Shown here: one piece after another, positions 29,501-38,018 of the stretch
Layout: each line of letters opens with the position of its first letter
How positions within the stretch are numbered: the stretch's first letter is position 1
From: a virus
Direction: 5' to 3' (one strand)
DNA: 64,000 nt
Virus record (IMG/VR): IMGVR_UViG_3300030107_004732
Location: 21,246-85,245 of that record
Position numbers and translations under genes: made by a program
The notes under the pieces: model-generated
Databases searched by the model: none
Seen by the model: the letters and a program-made list of their open reading frames with translations, nothing else
Told to the model about the DNA's origin: nothing

Positions 29501-29547
29501 CCTCTTTTTGCAAGACTTTCTTTGAATAGTTGAAAATCTGCGGACAT
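20569..29547 (-). CDS. Giant virion protein, putative single-chain two-barrel RNA polymerase
   Basis: 2992 aa; RRNPHTRPGD followed by HEGDFDVDK (DFDVD at 23083-23097), like the DFDID motif of crAss-type vRNAPs. Confidence 0.75.
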   Translation of the reverse strand: MSADFQLFKESLAKRGINWSDQQILDYMSVQEDKRYTQPIMQSDLGGEIFNVIQKWEYKDSTRSQSHNNPGGHIWTPELEENFGAKKGESFVGPNREGGSGQYWTAKYDTFEQGEKASIFITNQVINNVVKKTGLRPNDNGFGEAFAQEYSGSSDPQVVRNYGGDISRAISDYTNNMPQVAPTSDLQSSLSAISDIASRYKPAGYTEPRSSAADFVGNFLWNAADLSTFGLLDYLDVDEAVFGKEYGDKPGEYMPETFAGRVGAGLGGFAGFLVPFGGTKAAVTAGIKGLSKYGANAVAKKVAQEGAEFLGKQAGVKAQGYKKFQNLPLKEQNKFMDFLYGEGVSSSQGMTAIAQSIASKKGKDLFIKGWNENSNRVIREQLKKYGLRDTDQNIAQIKNIVDKALGLSNKSVQPITNLQQRIAIALGGTPGAGRIATIASHTIEEGLLFAMVETPMEFFQALDQEREFDFTGRWKHAFLLGNALGAAKMIPGGLKMPDGQDFKIGRSILKGWQNASKKHQPYSTYLTDTQKQRDQLVTMARSLFKKVGNKSKWSDDTFTTLDDIKVLGQTKAGAEKIKSALSNLEKNWGARWKNEFFKEATSDLIGSTPRMLAGSMVFNYEVVFDDNVPLEDKVFNFMLGAFMTKQGKRVDYVSKDGKVSTFFAERHKDVGKDFIDANTYLDLLGVNPKIYNAQALYNAGILERKHLRNLEMNEDVQGLVKILRDQGLVVKDDGSAIKTNKKGPAEGEHPLYDSVQQIFDGYLSGSGERMRGATELTVKEVKALEAKLAETNFKAATGGIRNPNHLDDIIFDAADSAMKDVVNHHVLAASEIYNHLGGNYDRMLQEPGKTASGKQLLPDFLPIKIQAGEPLTDSNRIILDKYNRIVKTLNGRQLKYNERHPKPLQVKNKDFEGLKEKVESFDTKIDELINGTRQGPEVGRAYGLMEEGYLMDLIIHQNFYRGVRQIHNKMTDLESPLWGDFSGKHDGIVAKDLIGKIFIGNDSVLISEFSTKGLSGAEARFVNSLLSILRTDPNYEQRILDNTGSKVKFTQEQIRDIKELRRVFRNNGMETMFSTGDMTESNMFKAIYQERAMDQFFKGATKRDGSILNSTDRKVLSKLLDFKMLTPNMDMVELIGVINQMSSKVNNIDLKKLDLNSKNKMGKGWRVVIDTIFDKEPTMDKLFEQLSVELGIEKQFLAAELFRNYKDLISPYLVQMKDGKQTGFIKTTSTVASVTPSQLHEMISQLTAVRKDMNNMLHDNFLKQLGAIKNNSKFDSETREMIHYIYQMYGNKSVNSNEIIEALRKKGYYDIVKDELALDPLNKNLKKDMQEIYDKAKFDIAQGVEIANLESQVNYYRSAMGKASDIDMYQSVTRDAFKQKYGLEKDYEFTKNTTREQLINDAILYDKNNKELKFEDMDSNQQFELMNDVQQLILGSRSQINVHRLSVSEGYGVHTDFRHTVMDNHVFREIIDIFGKDSFSIVDMVVAGKNNKLINARDNANMMNEIINRVALSKTSIDKNLRTDEWGVLAHENTGGHIMIRLADLSWGIGVKRENIPKILEKFEKKLEKWKKDNPDVPNSVFESLEGLLKSSTKSKKEILNEKNEGTGKFEYEWDLPDATIQSERLQTMFTFMFMDKNMGKNFWEHMKTEGAEATAKYAGRLRLLANTAMKEMSTDYIKETFEFYNNHNISKKQNPEMMKGLERIKKNGGLEIIVVADEMFKNGELKKGRSANILQELKEQIDSELKYDSKIVNEFGEGGRTWAGGGEVSKYDSYMAVSTEAMQGLYALAGAANTPGLGGIKPIVHRVGNNVIIGKTAFIADPRLNPMLKKNGLDAVMFESATKIKNREKIFEDWETFDDLINLNLKGSSKKIKDFREAHLELLKGEDISIGSIVNADHSATISHSALNHLSGSASNKAFNWLLRGSLENLIKESDKKFDSNNLVDGLAYSKYLMENMKVQDNASSYNRWIKNNGLPQISTFANQFRNQLKSNLIDKPGILSMKTELGGQSVVSPGEKLLYTTFREMDNGSREVNTYGEAELPYRAGQKEVDLGNLHFIKRNPKGQDDLIDLKQFIKETGNESIVKGDKLSDVVKKIEGNKNYQVMANFRRNPHTRPGDVSAIGVKKILTEDYGNQVKLNAYDFAMRHEGDFDVDKLDFWWNAPTEVVREWNALSGRVIRVNPDGVNQKTSLPKNLSFLDASSMNKFYASDYAAQRLRGVIVKTPRILNALKHYNSGGVFNPETKSDFAGFAMRLRNADGGGKLYVDPVKIEKTIDKLATDIQNITDSRQGYNAEKYNDMWFDRVLFGDSEHGYSGIFSKAIYNDSGKFKNKWLPEDTGHTFTNAEKAVIKAVIAPYQHLLGLATGKFSSGKREKISYDDIITQTTTFDNQMANLSQYAYWKAMKTKGLSKQDKGEVNRMFRDNQNNIVNIFGNYGNSIRPNFARDNKATTQWMDNQLPFERAMSVVSYHDNMRLQNPGRIGGEMLTEFKKFSEKGMYSEDFSTVASEFMKELNQNNKYLNYVNYLDYRIRSQQKARFNAYGKGDKQYIEYLTEDIFQLKNQKREIEKQMVLSGSGQSVPWAKGIREASKRKLIDDMIKDRKAPKGWAEGPLPDSFDYATVSSWAKRNDNALNKYISKNNVVRVEGVSSVDQIERLIWFNAFDRYNKIFINENITNKELSKQFEKDVKDFKKFYRETWKKNFNGQEWYMDNTRSNTVIMDRLERLYTKYQSEGGYGQLLLWKLMSPEVEPFKFTYLHDRLTPSFKKESLSMIRLGLNFISSADSKLITEFQKDMIFTHLSGHVNNSLRAVYGLPGERGTIVHNTMTNAANAKHDIFRGFPLVDDIAQFSFESWSPSFQQRHINPGVSSLFGFENANKNVAYYMSSQPLLPSFASEMAKASFLHYMPVGYIPEFVGATKYGAINGGQSYLKAVENGYQIMLGDASKQNLTYGGPRKVPQRAPYENLPVDPPAGGAERLKNITNSKVGGRVDGC

Positions 29548-31404
29548 TTATCCCTCTAATATTTTTTGTATATCTAACTTTTTAGCCAGCACTTCGCCTT
29601 GCTTTGCTCTAGCTTGATTTATAGATTCAATCCATTGATTGTATTCTTCAAAAGCTTTTCTTACTTTAGGAATTTCACTTGCTACACCAGAAGCGCCTTG
29701 TGGAAATAGTTGTGCTAAAAGACCAACCATTGGAATGTATTCTAAAAAACTATTAGGAACATTAGGATTTAATCTTCTAGCCTGCATTTTTATAAACCTT
29801 TCAGATATTCTTTCTAATTCTGTGTCAGTAGGAATATAATTATGTGGTCGACTACCTGCTATACCTTTTACAGCATTATCTCCCCAAGGAAAAGGAGTAC
29901 CTTGACCAAAATTAGCGGCAGCAAACTTATCTAACCCCCGTCTAACTTCTTCTTTAAGAGCTCTATCTTCATCTATTAAAGCATCTCTTTCAGCTACTTC
30001 TGTTTCTAGCTGTCCAAGTCCTTCCATAATCGAATCAACATTTAATGCTTTAGGATCGGTTTCAGTATTTTCTTCTTGTGAAATTCTTAGATGTTCTAAC
30101 CAAGCTTCATATGCAGGATTGGTTTCATTATTAAAATCTATAAATCTTTGTCCTTCTCTATCTATAAACTCTAAACTATCGTTAATAGCGTTATACCCAA
30201 AACCTTCAGCTAATAAAGCTTCTGCATTATTTGCATTTATCGTACCCAAAGAAGATATTACATTATCTTTTGCCGCATCTATACCAGTTGCAAGTTCTAG
30301 TAAATCTATATCGTAATTACCCCCCATATCTCTAGCTAAAACACCTGCTTGTTGATATTGTGTTACTCTATTATGTAATCCAGCATAAATTGGATCTCCC
30401 ACCCATTGACCATCTTCATCAACTAAAGAAGGATCAAATACTGTTAAATATTGTTTTAAATCACCATAAGCAGAAGATAATAAAGAAACAAATCCATCAT
30501 AAGGGCCAGCTACTCCATCAATAGTATCTCTTTCAATGTAGTTAGCTATTCCAGAACCTAATGCTGTAGATATATCTGGAAAATTAGTTTGTATTGCAAT
30601 ATTTAAATTATTCCATTCTTCAGTAGCAACATCTACTTGATCTTTATCGCCTTTTAAATTATTTTTTATTACTGCTAATTTAGAGAAAATAGGTGAAGAA
30701 TTTGTCACTTGAGCAATAATACTAGGACCTAAGTCCATTGTAGCTATATTAATCTCTTTAGTTGCTCTTTCTAAATCTAAGTTTGCTAAATGTATATGAC
30801 TTTCTTTTAATTTAGCTGCAGCCCCAGCTCTGTTTAAAGCAAATTCATAAGTATTAAAAGTATCAAAACCTTCAATAAATCCTGGCATATTAGCCAAATT
30901 AGGATCAACTCCTAGCTGTTCAAAACTTTGAAACAATTTAGTTTTTTCATCTTCGCTATATCTAAAAGGATTTACACCTGTTTCTCCTTTAGTAAATGCA
31001 CCAACATCTGTAATGCCATCACCATCAATATCTGCACCTGCAGCATAAGTTTCAGCTATTCTTTGACCTGTAGCAAAAGAGCTTTTAACATTACTTAAAT
31101 TATTTAAGTTTACTGAAGATTGAGCATAAAGTGCATTTAAAGTATCAAGCAAAGGTTGATTTCCTGCGCTATTTACTATATCTACATAATTACTGCTTCT
31201 ATATTCTTCAGGTAAATTTACGCCAGCATCTAACAGTTGATTTCTGTATTCATTTTCAAGATTCATTTGATTTTGAAATAAAGAAGCAACTATTTGTTGT
31301 TTTTGCATTAAATCATTTTCTTTTCTTTGAAAATAATGATCAAAAACTTTATTGCTTAAACTATCTAAGGCTTCCCCTATTGCTTGTTTAGCTGCTGCGC
31401 TCAT
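29548..31404 (-). CDS. Putative internal virion/ejection protein
   Basis: 618 aa, immediately upstream of the vRNAP gene. Confidence 0.55.
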   Translation of the reverse strand: MSAAAKQAIGEALDSLSNKVFDHYFQRKENDLMQKQQIVASLFQNQMNLENEYRNQLLDAGVNLPEEYRSSNYVDIVNSAGNQPLLDTLNALYAQSSVNLNNLSNVKSSFATGQRIAETYAAGADIDGDGITDVGAFTKGETGVNPFRYSEDEKTKLFQSFEQLGVDPNLANMPGFIEGFDTFNTYEFALNRAGAAAKLKESHIHLANLDLERATKEINIATMDLGPSIIAQVTNSSPIFSKLAVIKNNLKGDKDQVDVATEEWNNLNIAIQTNFPDISTALGSGIANYIERDTIDGVAGPYDGFVSLLSSAYGDLKQYLTVFDPSLVDEDGQWVGDPIYAGLHNRVTQYQQAGVLARDMGGNYDIDLLELATGIDAAKDNVISSLGTINANNAEALLAEGFGYNAINDSLEFIDREGQRFIDFNNETNPAYEAWLEHLRISQEENTETDPKALNVDSIMEGLGQLETEVAERDALIDEDRALKEEVRRGLDKFAAANFGQGTPFPWGDNAVKGIAGSRPHNYIPTDTELERISERFIKMQARRLNPNVPNSFLEYIPMVGLLAQLFPQGASGVASEIPKVRKAFEEYNQWIESINQARAKQGEVLAKKLDIQKILEG

Positions 31405-31424
31405 TTACTACCTTTCTATCCTTA

Positions 31425-32207
31425 CTATGCTTGGTCTGGATCTAGCAGACCTGGGTCTTGTTCTGCTATCTCCATTATACTACCATAAAAATTTCTTTTG
31501 TAAGCTTCTCTAAGATTAGATATACCCATATCTTCTGCTAGGTTTGCTTTTTTAATTTGTAAATCTAAACCTTGTTTAACATCCCCCCATATATTTTTTG
31601 CTCTTCCTGAATCTAAATTTAAACGTCCAATACTTGATTGAGTTTTCATAAGCGTATCTCCAAATTGAGATGTAAAGTTTTCTATATCAAGTTTAGTATC
31701 TTGTTTTAAATAACCTTCTTTTTTTGCATCGTAAGGACTAACATATTTAGAATATTTATCTTTCCAAGGTTGATATTCTTCATATACTTCAATCCAAAGG
31801 TCCGAAATATTATCCATATCATGCATAATTCCGTGATTTATCTGGTCTTCCAACTTAAGACCCAAAGCATATAACACTGAATCGCCATGACTATCAAGAT
31901 CTAACAACATATCTCTTGCTGTTTCCATATCTGAATTATATATTTGTGCAAAGAAGTCAGAATCTTCTCCTAGAACCTGAGATAATTCTTCATAATAACT
32001 TGAAGGAGTTTGAACCCATTCACATTCACCGTTTTCACAAATCTGTACGCCGTTAGCCATAACCTGCGTCCAATGATCTTCAGTTCCACTGTTTGGGTTT
32101 CCATAATCTCCAAGATACCAATATTCATCTGCTACACTCGATGTATAATCTGAAACTTCGAAAACACTTTCCCATAAATCTTCCATAAAATCAAAATTTT
32201 CGTCCAT
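31425..32207 (-). CDS. Acidic hypothetical virion-arm protein
   Basis: 260 aa, D/E/W-rich. Confidence 0.55.
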   Translation of the reverse strand: MDENFDFMEDLWESVFEVSDYTSSVADEYWYLGDYGNPNSGTEDHWTQVMANGVQICENGECEWVQTPSSYYEELSQVLGEDSDFFAQIYNSDMETARDMLLDLDSHGDSVLYALGLKLEDQINHGIMHDMDNISDLWIEVYEEYQPWKDKYSKYVSPYDAKKEGYLKQDTKLDIENFTSQFGDTLMKTQSSIGRLNLDSGRAKNIWGDVKQGLDLQIKKANLAEDMGISNLREAYKRNFYGSIMEIAEQDPGLLDPDQA

Positions 32208-32215
32208 AAATCTCC

Positions 32216-32713
32216 TTAATCAGGGTCTTCGCTAAATGCGCCCATTGACATTAAATTAGTAAACATATCAAGATAACTTTGTCCATAATTAGCCCAAGCA
32301 GATTCTTGACTTCTTTGAAACTTTGTATTTATAGGTTGATAACCTGCATTGTAATCTTCAACAAAATTTGAATCACCACCCATGCTACTTGTAGTGCCTA
32401 TATTAGCTGCTTCAGCAAATCCTGTTGCACCCATTTTTTCTTCTGGAGGCATAAATCCTAATTGAAATTCTTCAGTTTCAAGATCTCTTAACTGTTCAAT
32501 AAAATCAAAACTTTCTTGATCCCATGTACTTCCAATATTTTCTACAAAAGAACCATATTCCATCCACCAAACATCAGGATCATCAGTCCAAGAATCTTCA
32601 AGCCACCCCTGTTCAGTTAGAAAGTTCGTAAAATAATCTTGTATACTTCCACCACTTCGTTCCCAAGAATAAAGTTCTTCACCTATAGTAGCTGCATCAT
32701 AACCATTTGACAT
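32216..32713 (-). CDS. Acidic hypothetical virion-arm protein
   Basis: 165 aa, D/E/W-rich. Confidence 0.55.
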   Translation of the reverse strand: MSNGYDAATIGEELYSWERSGGSIQDYFTNFLTEQGWLEDSWTDDPDVWWMEYGSFVENIGSTWDQESFDFIEQLRDLETEEFQLGFMPPEEKMGATGFAEAANIGTTSSMGGDSNFVEDYNAGYQPINTKFQRSQESAWANYGQSYLDMFTNLMSMGAFSEDPD

Positions 32714-33489
32714 TAATTATTTTCCCTTTGAAAATTTAATAAATCATATAAAGTTTTACCTTTTTCATATCCTGGCATCACTTCTTCAAATAAGCTTTGT
32801 CTCCAAACCTTCCCTTCTTTAGAAAAAAAGCCTGGAGTTGAAATTTCTCCAGTTATAGGATCAAACATTCTTCCAGTAGATAAAGTTTGAGGATCCCATC
32901 CATAACCTGCCATAGGAGTTAGATCTGTATTTAAACCCATACCTGCTAATTCTTGTTCTGAAACATGAAAACCTGCCTCATCATAAACAACTCCATCTTC
33001 AATAGTCCAATCTGCAATAGATTGCCCAGCAGTTTCAGCGCCTTCTCGTATTGCTACATCAGTAGCGTACTTTCCCGCACTATATAGACTGGTTACAATA
33101 CTAAAAAGATCAGTCCCAATGCCAATAAGATTTGCTGTTTTTTCACCTTCAAGCCTAGCTTCTTCATCATCAAGCATCTTCTGGCCTTCTACTTTATTCC
33201 ATCTACCATAACCAATATCAGGTGTATCGTAACCTGGTTCGTAACCCGTCCATTCTGTAACTTCTTGTCCAACTCTGTTTCCAGCAGTATAAGCTGCAGA
33301 AGCTAAGTAAGGGTTACCTGTGGCCATAAAAGTTCCAACACCTGCAACAATACCAGTAATTGACCCCCAAAAACTTTGATTAGCAGCATCAGCAGCTATT
33401 CTTTCTTGGTATTCTTTCCACTCTTGATATTCATCCCAAGCTTCAACTTGTTGATCTTTTAGTAAACTTATATATGCTAAATTACTCAT
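32713..33489 (-). CDS. Putative ejection protein with Gly/Ala-rich hydrophobic segments
   Basis: FWGSITGIVAGVGTFMATGNPYLA segment typical of DNA-ejection proteins. Confidence 0.55.
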   Translation of the reverse strand: MSNLAYISLLKDQQVEAWDEYQEWKEYQERIAADAANQSFWGSITGIVAGVGTFMATGNPYLASAAYTAGNRVGQEVTEWTGYEPGYDTPDIGYGRWNKVEGQKMLDDEEARLEGEKTANLIGIGTDLFSIVTSLYSAGKYATDVAIREGAETAGQSIADWTIEDGVVYDEAGFHVSEQELAGMGLNTDLTPMAGYGWDPQTLSTGRMFDPITGEISTPGFFSKEGKVWRQSLFEEVMPGYEKGKTLYDLLNFQRENN

Positions 33490-33512
33490 AACTAATTCCT
33501 TTTCATCAAGTT

Positions 33513-33541
33513 AATTTATTAAATGGTTTTTTAAAAAACAA
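33513..33541 (-). promoter_or_regulatory. Sigma70-like promoter TTGTTT-N17-TAAATT
   Basis: Upstream of the ejection-protein genes; shares CCATTTAATAAATT with 3748..3776. Confidence 0.6.
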
Positions 33542-33573
33542 CAACTTTTTTTTCTTTATTATCTTGTTACCAT

Positions 33574-36500
33574 TTATCCTGAATCTGCGTTTCCAGTTGG
33601 ATTACTTAATGAATACCAATTTGTTCCATTACAATAAAGTGTATATCCACCATAACCTACAACTCTTTCATCAGACCCTGTTGTTAAAAAAATCTTTTGA
33701 TGTGTTCCTACTGCAGGACTTTCATTGTGTTCTAATTGTATAAAGTTTGTAGTATCTGTTTTAACTATATATAAAATCTGTCCTGCTACACCACCACTAA
33801 ATCCACCTATAGTTACATTATTACTTGAAGTATCTACTTCTAATACTGTAGTATCTGATACATCAATACTATCTGTAGGCCCTGCAGTACTAAATACAGT
33901 ATGTTTATACGACACAGTACCTTCTACGTCAAGTGTAGTAGTAGGAGCAGTAAGACCTATACCTATTTTACCATTAGAATCTATATTTAAATTTCCTGCG
34001 TGTGTTGTGTTATTAGCACCTAATGATAAAGTTGAGTTATTTGATACTATATGATTAGTAGTATCATCATCTTGTATTTGTATTCTTGCTGTACTATCTG
34101 AACTTTTAAATATTGCTACTGTATCAGATGTACTTGAATCAACGTGTAATTTTACTGAAGGACTTGTAGTACCTATACCTACATTACCTGCATTTATAAA
34201 GTTATCTGTTCCATCTGTATATAAGGATACTTTTAAAGTACCACCATCATACATATGTAATCTACCACCATCAGTAGACTTTTCGCCAATCTGTACAACA
34301 GGATTTGTATTAGAATTATCCATAAGAGTAAATCCACTATTGGCTGAACTTGTGCTATTAGATTTAATAGTTAATGGAGCAACAGTAGTTGTAGTACCTA
34401 TACCTACATTACCATCAACGTGTAAATATCCATTTGCTTGTATATTACCTGAACTATCTAATGTAGAACCTGAAGAACCATATCCACCCCCTACATTTAA
34501 ATATGTGCCAGTTATATTAGTAATACCACTAACATCTAATCTTCCTGACATTTTTACTTTTTCAGAAGAGTTTGTAGTTACTATTTCTAGTATTCCAGCT
34601 TTACCAGAAGAATCAAATGATAAAGCACTTGCATTATTATCTGTTAAATCAATATCAATAGCAGCATTAGTTAAATCTATATCACCATCATTTCTAAAAC
34701 CCCCTTGGATTTGAACAGTACCAGTCATAGTAACATCATCTAAATTAGATGTTCCATCAATATCAATGTCTCCACTAAAATCACCATCTACTGCTTTTAC
34801 ATTACCATCTACATGAAGTGTTTCAGTAGGATTAGTAAGTCCAATACCTACATTTTGTGTTGAATGAGCAATAACTAAAGCTGGAGTATGACTATCAGAT
34901 ACGTCTTCAATTCCCCAGTAACTTGCAGGTATATTTGAATTTGTTGAACTTCCTCCGCCTACTCCTGCTCTCCAACTATAGGATGTACCTCTTTGGTATC
35001 TTATAGTACCACCATAACTAGCGTGACCTTCAACCAATATAGCTTCACCATCAGCATTGTCTCCATCTAAATGAAGAAGATGAGTAGGACTTGTTGTGCC
35101 TATACCAACCGTTCCATCTGTATTTAACGTAACTAAACTATCGGTTCCACCAGCACCAAAGTACAATTTTTTTGTTGAAGCTGCCTTGAGATACATATGT
35201 CCAGCACTTGTAATGTTTGTGTTATCTCCTCCATTAAAATTAAGTTCTGTAGCAGAATCACTTGTAATGTTTATACCACTACCTGATAAGTTTAATTTAC
35301 CTGCATTTATAGTTGCGTCTGAAGGATTATAAGTAAAGTTACCATCTGATTCTAAACCTAAATTACCACCATCTGTATCTGCACCTGCTGCAAATATAAT
35401 AGCATTGTTTTCATCTGTGCTTTCATTATCTGTAATAGTTACTGTTGTAGCTATTGCTGCTGTACCTGTAGTGTCTTGGTTAAGAGTGGCTACATATGAA
35501 GCTCCTATTGCAGTTCCTTGCCAAACTCCTGTACTTATTGTACCTACGCTTGTAAGTGAAGAATTAAGTACACCACTACCTAATGTAGTAGCACTTAATA
35601 CTGAACTTGCATTTATTTTATAACTATGTCCTGTTGGTATATTGACATCTCCATATCCATCTGCATTTCTATCCCAATCAGTAGTCCATGGTCCTGTATT
35701 TCTATCACTTACATAGGTATTTAGTATACCAATATTTTTAATATTAACTCTATCGTTACCACCTGCAGAGGCATCCCAAGCAGGAAATTCTATTGTTATT
35801 CTAACGTGAGTATCATTACTGTGAACACCGCTATTTTTATAATACATTAAAAGACCCCATTGGTCTGATATTCCTGTAGTATGCCAATCTGTTGAAAAAG
35901 GTGTATGTGTAGTCCAATCGTTAGCACTATCATCACTATCATTAAAAGTTCCATCAAGCATTTCTACAGTCATAGTAGGACACATAGAGCCACCTGCAGA
36001 ACTACCAGATGAATATGATGTAGAAGACCAAGTTGTGTCTACATAAAAGCATTGGTCGTCTGCCCAAGTAGATTCTCTTTCTATAACAAATCTAAATTTT
36101 CTCCACTCATCATCTAACTGCCAAGCAGTATTTCTTTCTCCATCTAATGTATTTTTAAGTCCTGTTAAATTAGTAGTAGGATTATTTTCACTTGTTGTTC
36201 CTGATATAGCATCTACCCAAGCACTGCCATTCCATCTTTCTAATGTTAATGGTGTTTGATGTCTAATTAAATCTTGATGTGATGTTCTTAACATATGTGT
36301 TAAGCCCATTTTACCAAAACTACCAAAATATCCATGGTCATTTTCCATTTCAAGACCACCAACAGGCATATTCATTCTACCGTTATCACCTATTTTTAAT
36401 CTAAAAGTAGTTTGATTACTGTCGGCTATAGTAAGGCATTTATCACCTACATCAAGGTCAAGTATATTATTACTTGCATTATCTCTCCAGCCAAAATTAA

Positions 36501-37608
36501 TATCTGCATCTGATGTTTTCCAGACAAAAGTATTTCCTGTTAAACCTACTTCAGTATAGTCAGTATTGCTATCATCTGTAAATTTAACTTGTGGAAATGC
36601 TCTATTAAATGTTTTCTGACCTGTGATTGTTTCATTGCCTGTTAAAGATACTTTAGTTGCTAAACTATTAGTAACTGTAGTAGAAAAACTTGCATCATCA
36701 TTTAGTGCAGCAGCAAGTTCATTAAGTGTATCTAAAGCACCTGGCGCACCATTTACAAGAGCGCTTATTTCTGTAGCTATTTCAGTATCTACATATGCTT
36801 TTACTGATTGTTGTGTAGGTACTTTTGTTGCCGAGTTTGAAGACATATTATCTTCATCTACTAAATCAGCACCATCTAATTTATCTGCATTTAAATTTGT
36901 AACTACTGTTGTAGAAGCTACAGTAAAAGGAGCTGTTCCTGTTGATACATCTGATTCAAAAGTTTGCGCTCTAAATTCATAAGCTCCTATATCAGTATTA
37001 GCACCAACACCTTCAACTATTGCCTTTTTTTGAGCAGCTGAAGTAGTTAATGTTCCGCCTGATATATCTAAAGTTCCTGTACTTGTAATATTTGCAAAAG
37101 TAGTTAAATCATTATTAAATGCACTTAGTTTTATTTCATTTATAGCTTTTCTTTTATGCTGTTTAGGGTCTGCATCTTTATATTCTAAAACAAATAGTTC
37201 ATCACCAGCTCCAATATCTGCTGTTAAATCTGCTAGAGTATCAAATTCTATATTATCAGGATGAATACCTTCATCAGGAGAAACATTACTTACAGAATGT
37301 TGATGAATATTCCAATCAGGAATTGACAAAATATTATTTGCTGATGTCTTTATTTTTAATTTACTTGAATATAAAGTTATTTCACCAGGAGTTAATGGGA
37401 TTTTACCTAAAGGAAGTTTAACTATTGTGTTATTTTCTTCATCAGTTGGTTTGTATCTACTTAATCTTGAAGAATACCAAATACCATTCATTTTGTATAA
37501 AAAAAACGTCCCTCTTCCTGGAACCCTTCTTACAGTTGTATCACCATCTTTTCCTTCTCTTTTAGATGGCCATCCTGTTTGATATGATATGGCTTTTTGT
37601 TTTTTCAT
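33574..37608 (-). CDS. Tail fibre / receptor-binding protein
   Basis: LVNGAPGALDTLNELAAAL, repeated VGIGTTSP motifs, T/S/G/D-rich. Confidence 0.85.
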   Translation of the reverse strand: MKKQKAISYQTGWPSKREGKDGDTTVRRVPGRGTFFLYKMNGIWYSSRLSRYKPTDEENNTIVKLPLGKIPLTPGEITLYSSKLKIKTSANNILSIPDWNIHQHSVSNVSPDEGIHPDNIEFDTLADLTADIGAGDELFVLEYKDADPKQHKRKAINEIKLSAFNNDLTTFANITSTGTLDISGGTLTTSAAQKKAIVEGVGANTDIGAYEFRAQTFESDVSTGTAPFTVASTTVVTNLNADKLDGADLVDEDNMSSNSATKVPTQQSVKAYVDTEIATEISALVNGAPGALDTLNELAAALNDDASFSTTVTNSLATKVSLTGNETITGQKTFNRAFPQVKFTDDSNTDYTEVGLTGNTFVWKTSDADINFGWRDNASNNILDLDVGDKCLTIADSNQTTFRLKIGDNGRMNMPVGGLEMENDHGYFGSFGKMGLTHMLRTSHQDLIRHQTPLTLERWNGSAWVDAISGTTSENNPTTNLTGLKNTLDGERNTAWQLDDEWRKFRFVIERESTWADDQCFYVDTTWSSTSYSSGSSAGGSMCPTMTVEMLDGTFNDSDDSANDWTTHTPFSTDWHTTGISDQWGLLMYYKNSGVHSNDTHVRITIEFPAWDASAGGNDRVNIKNIGILNTYVSDRNTGPWTTDWDRNADGYGDVNIPTGHSYKINASSVLSATTLGSGVLNSSLTSVGTISTGVWQGTAIGASYVATLNQDTTGTAAIATTVTITDNESTDENNAIIFAAGADTDGGNLGLESDGNFTYNPSDATINAGKLNLSGSGINITSDSATELNFNGGDNTNITSAGHMYLKAASTKKLYFGAGGTDSLVTLNTDGTVGIGTTSPTHLLHLDGDNADGEAILVEGHASYGGTIRYQRGTSYSWRAGVGGGSSTNSNIPASYWGIEDVSDSHTPALVIAHSTQNVGIGLTNPTETLHVDGNVKAVDGDFSGDIDIDGTSNLDDVTMTGTVQIQGGFRNDGDIDLTNAAIDIDLTDNNASALSFDSSGKAGILEIVTTNSSEKVKMSGRLDVSGITNITGTYLNVGGGYGSSGSTLDSSGNIQANGYLHVDGNVGIGTTTTVAPLTIKSNSTSSANSGFTLMDNSNTNPVVQIGEKSTDGGRLHMYDGGTLKVSLYTDGTDNFINAGNVGIGTTSPSVKLHVDSSTSDTVAIFKSSDSTARIQIQDDDTTNHIVSNNSTLSLGANNTTHAGNLNIDSNGKIGIGLTAPTTTLDVEGTVSYKHTVFSTAGPTDSIDVSDTTVLEVDTSSNNVTIGGFSGGVAGQILYIVKTDTTNFIQLEHNESPAVGTHQKIFLTTGSDERVVGYGGYTLYCNGTNWYSLSNPTGNADSG

Positions 37609-38018
37609 TATTCAAAAGTATTTGAACTAACTTGTCGCTTTAATCTATAAATAATAGATATATCATTAATACCAATTTCACCATTCATGCTTCCCCATAA
37701 TTTTAATTGAAATCCAGTAATATTAGAAATAGGACTACCAAAATAAAATCTGTATTCTTGAGATTTTAAGTTAGTATTTGTAGATACATTATATATTGAA
37801 CCAGGTAATGGAAACCAAGTTCCGTTTTCAGAAGTTCTATAAGCAAATCTTAAATTGTAAAATGAAGCACTTTTTGATTCAGTCATATTAATTATATATC
37901 CTAATATACTTTTTTTAGCATAAGTATTATCAAAGTCTTGCAACTTTGTTACCATAACAAACTCATTAAGAGGTTGAGGGTTTGATGTCCATTGTTTTGA
38001 GTAAATTTGATTAGCCAT
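37608..38018 (-). CDS. Putative tail protein
   Basis: 136 aa beta-rich, translationally coupled. Confidence 0.55.
   Translation of the reverse strand: MANQIYSKQWTSNPQPLNEFVMVTKLQDFDNTYAKKSILGYIINMTESKSASFYNLRFAYRTSENGTWFPLPGSIYNVSTNTNLKSQEYRFYFGSPISNITGFQLKLWGSMNGEIGINDISIIYRLKRQVSSNTFE

Noticed and set aside
33574-37608. VGIGTTSP repeats as a DNA repeat array or DGR target
   Set aside because: Ordinary protein-level fibre repeats; no reverse transcriptase or TR/VR pair seen
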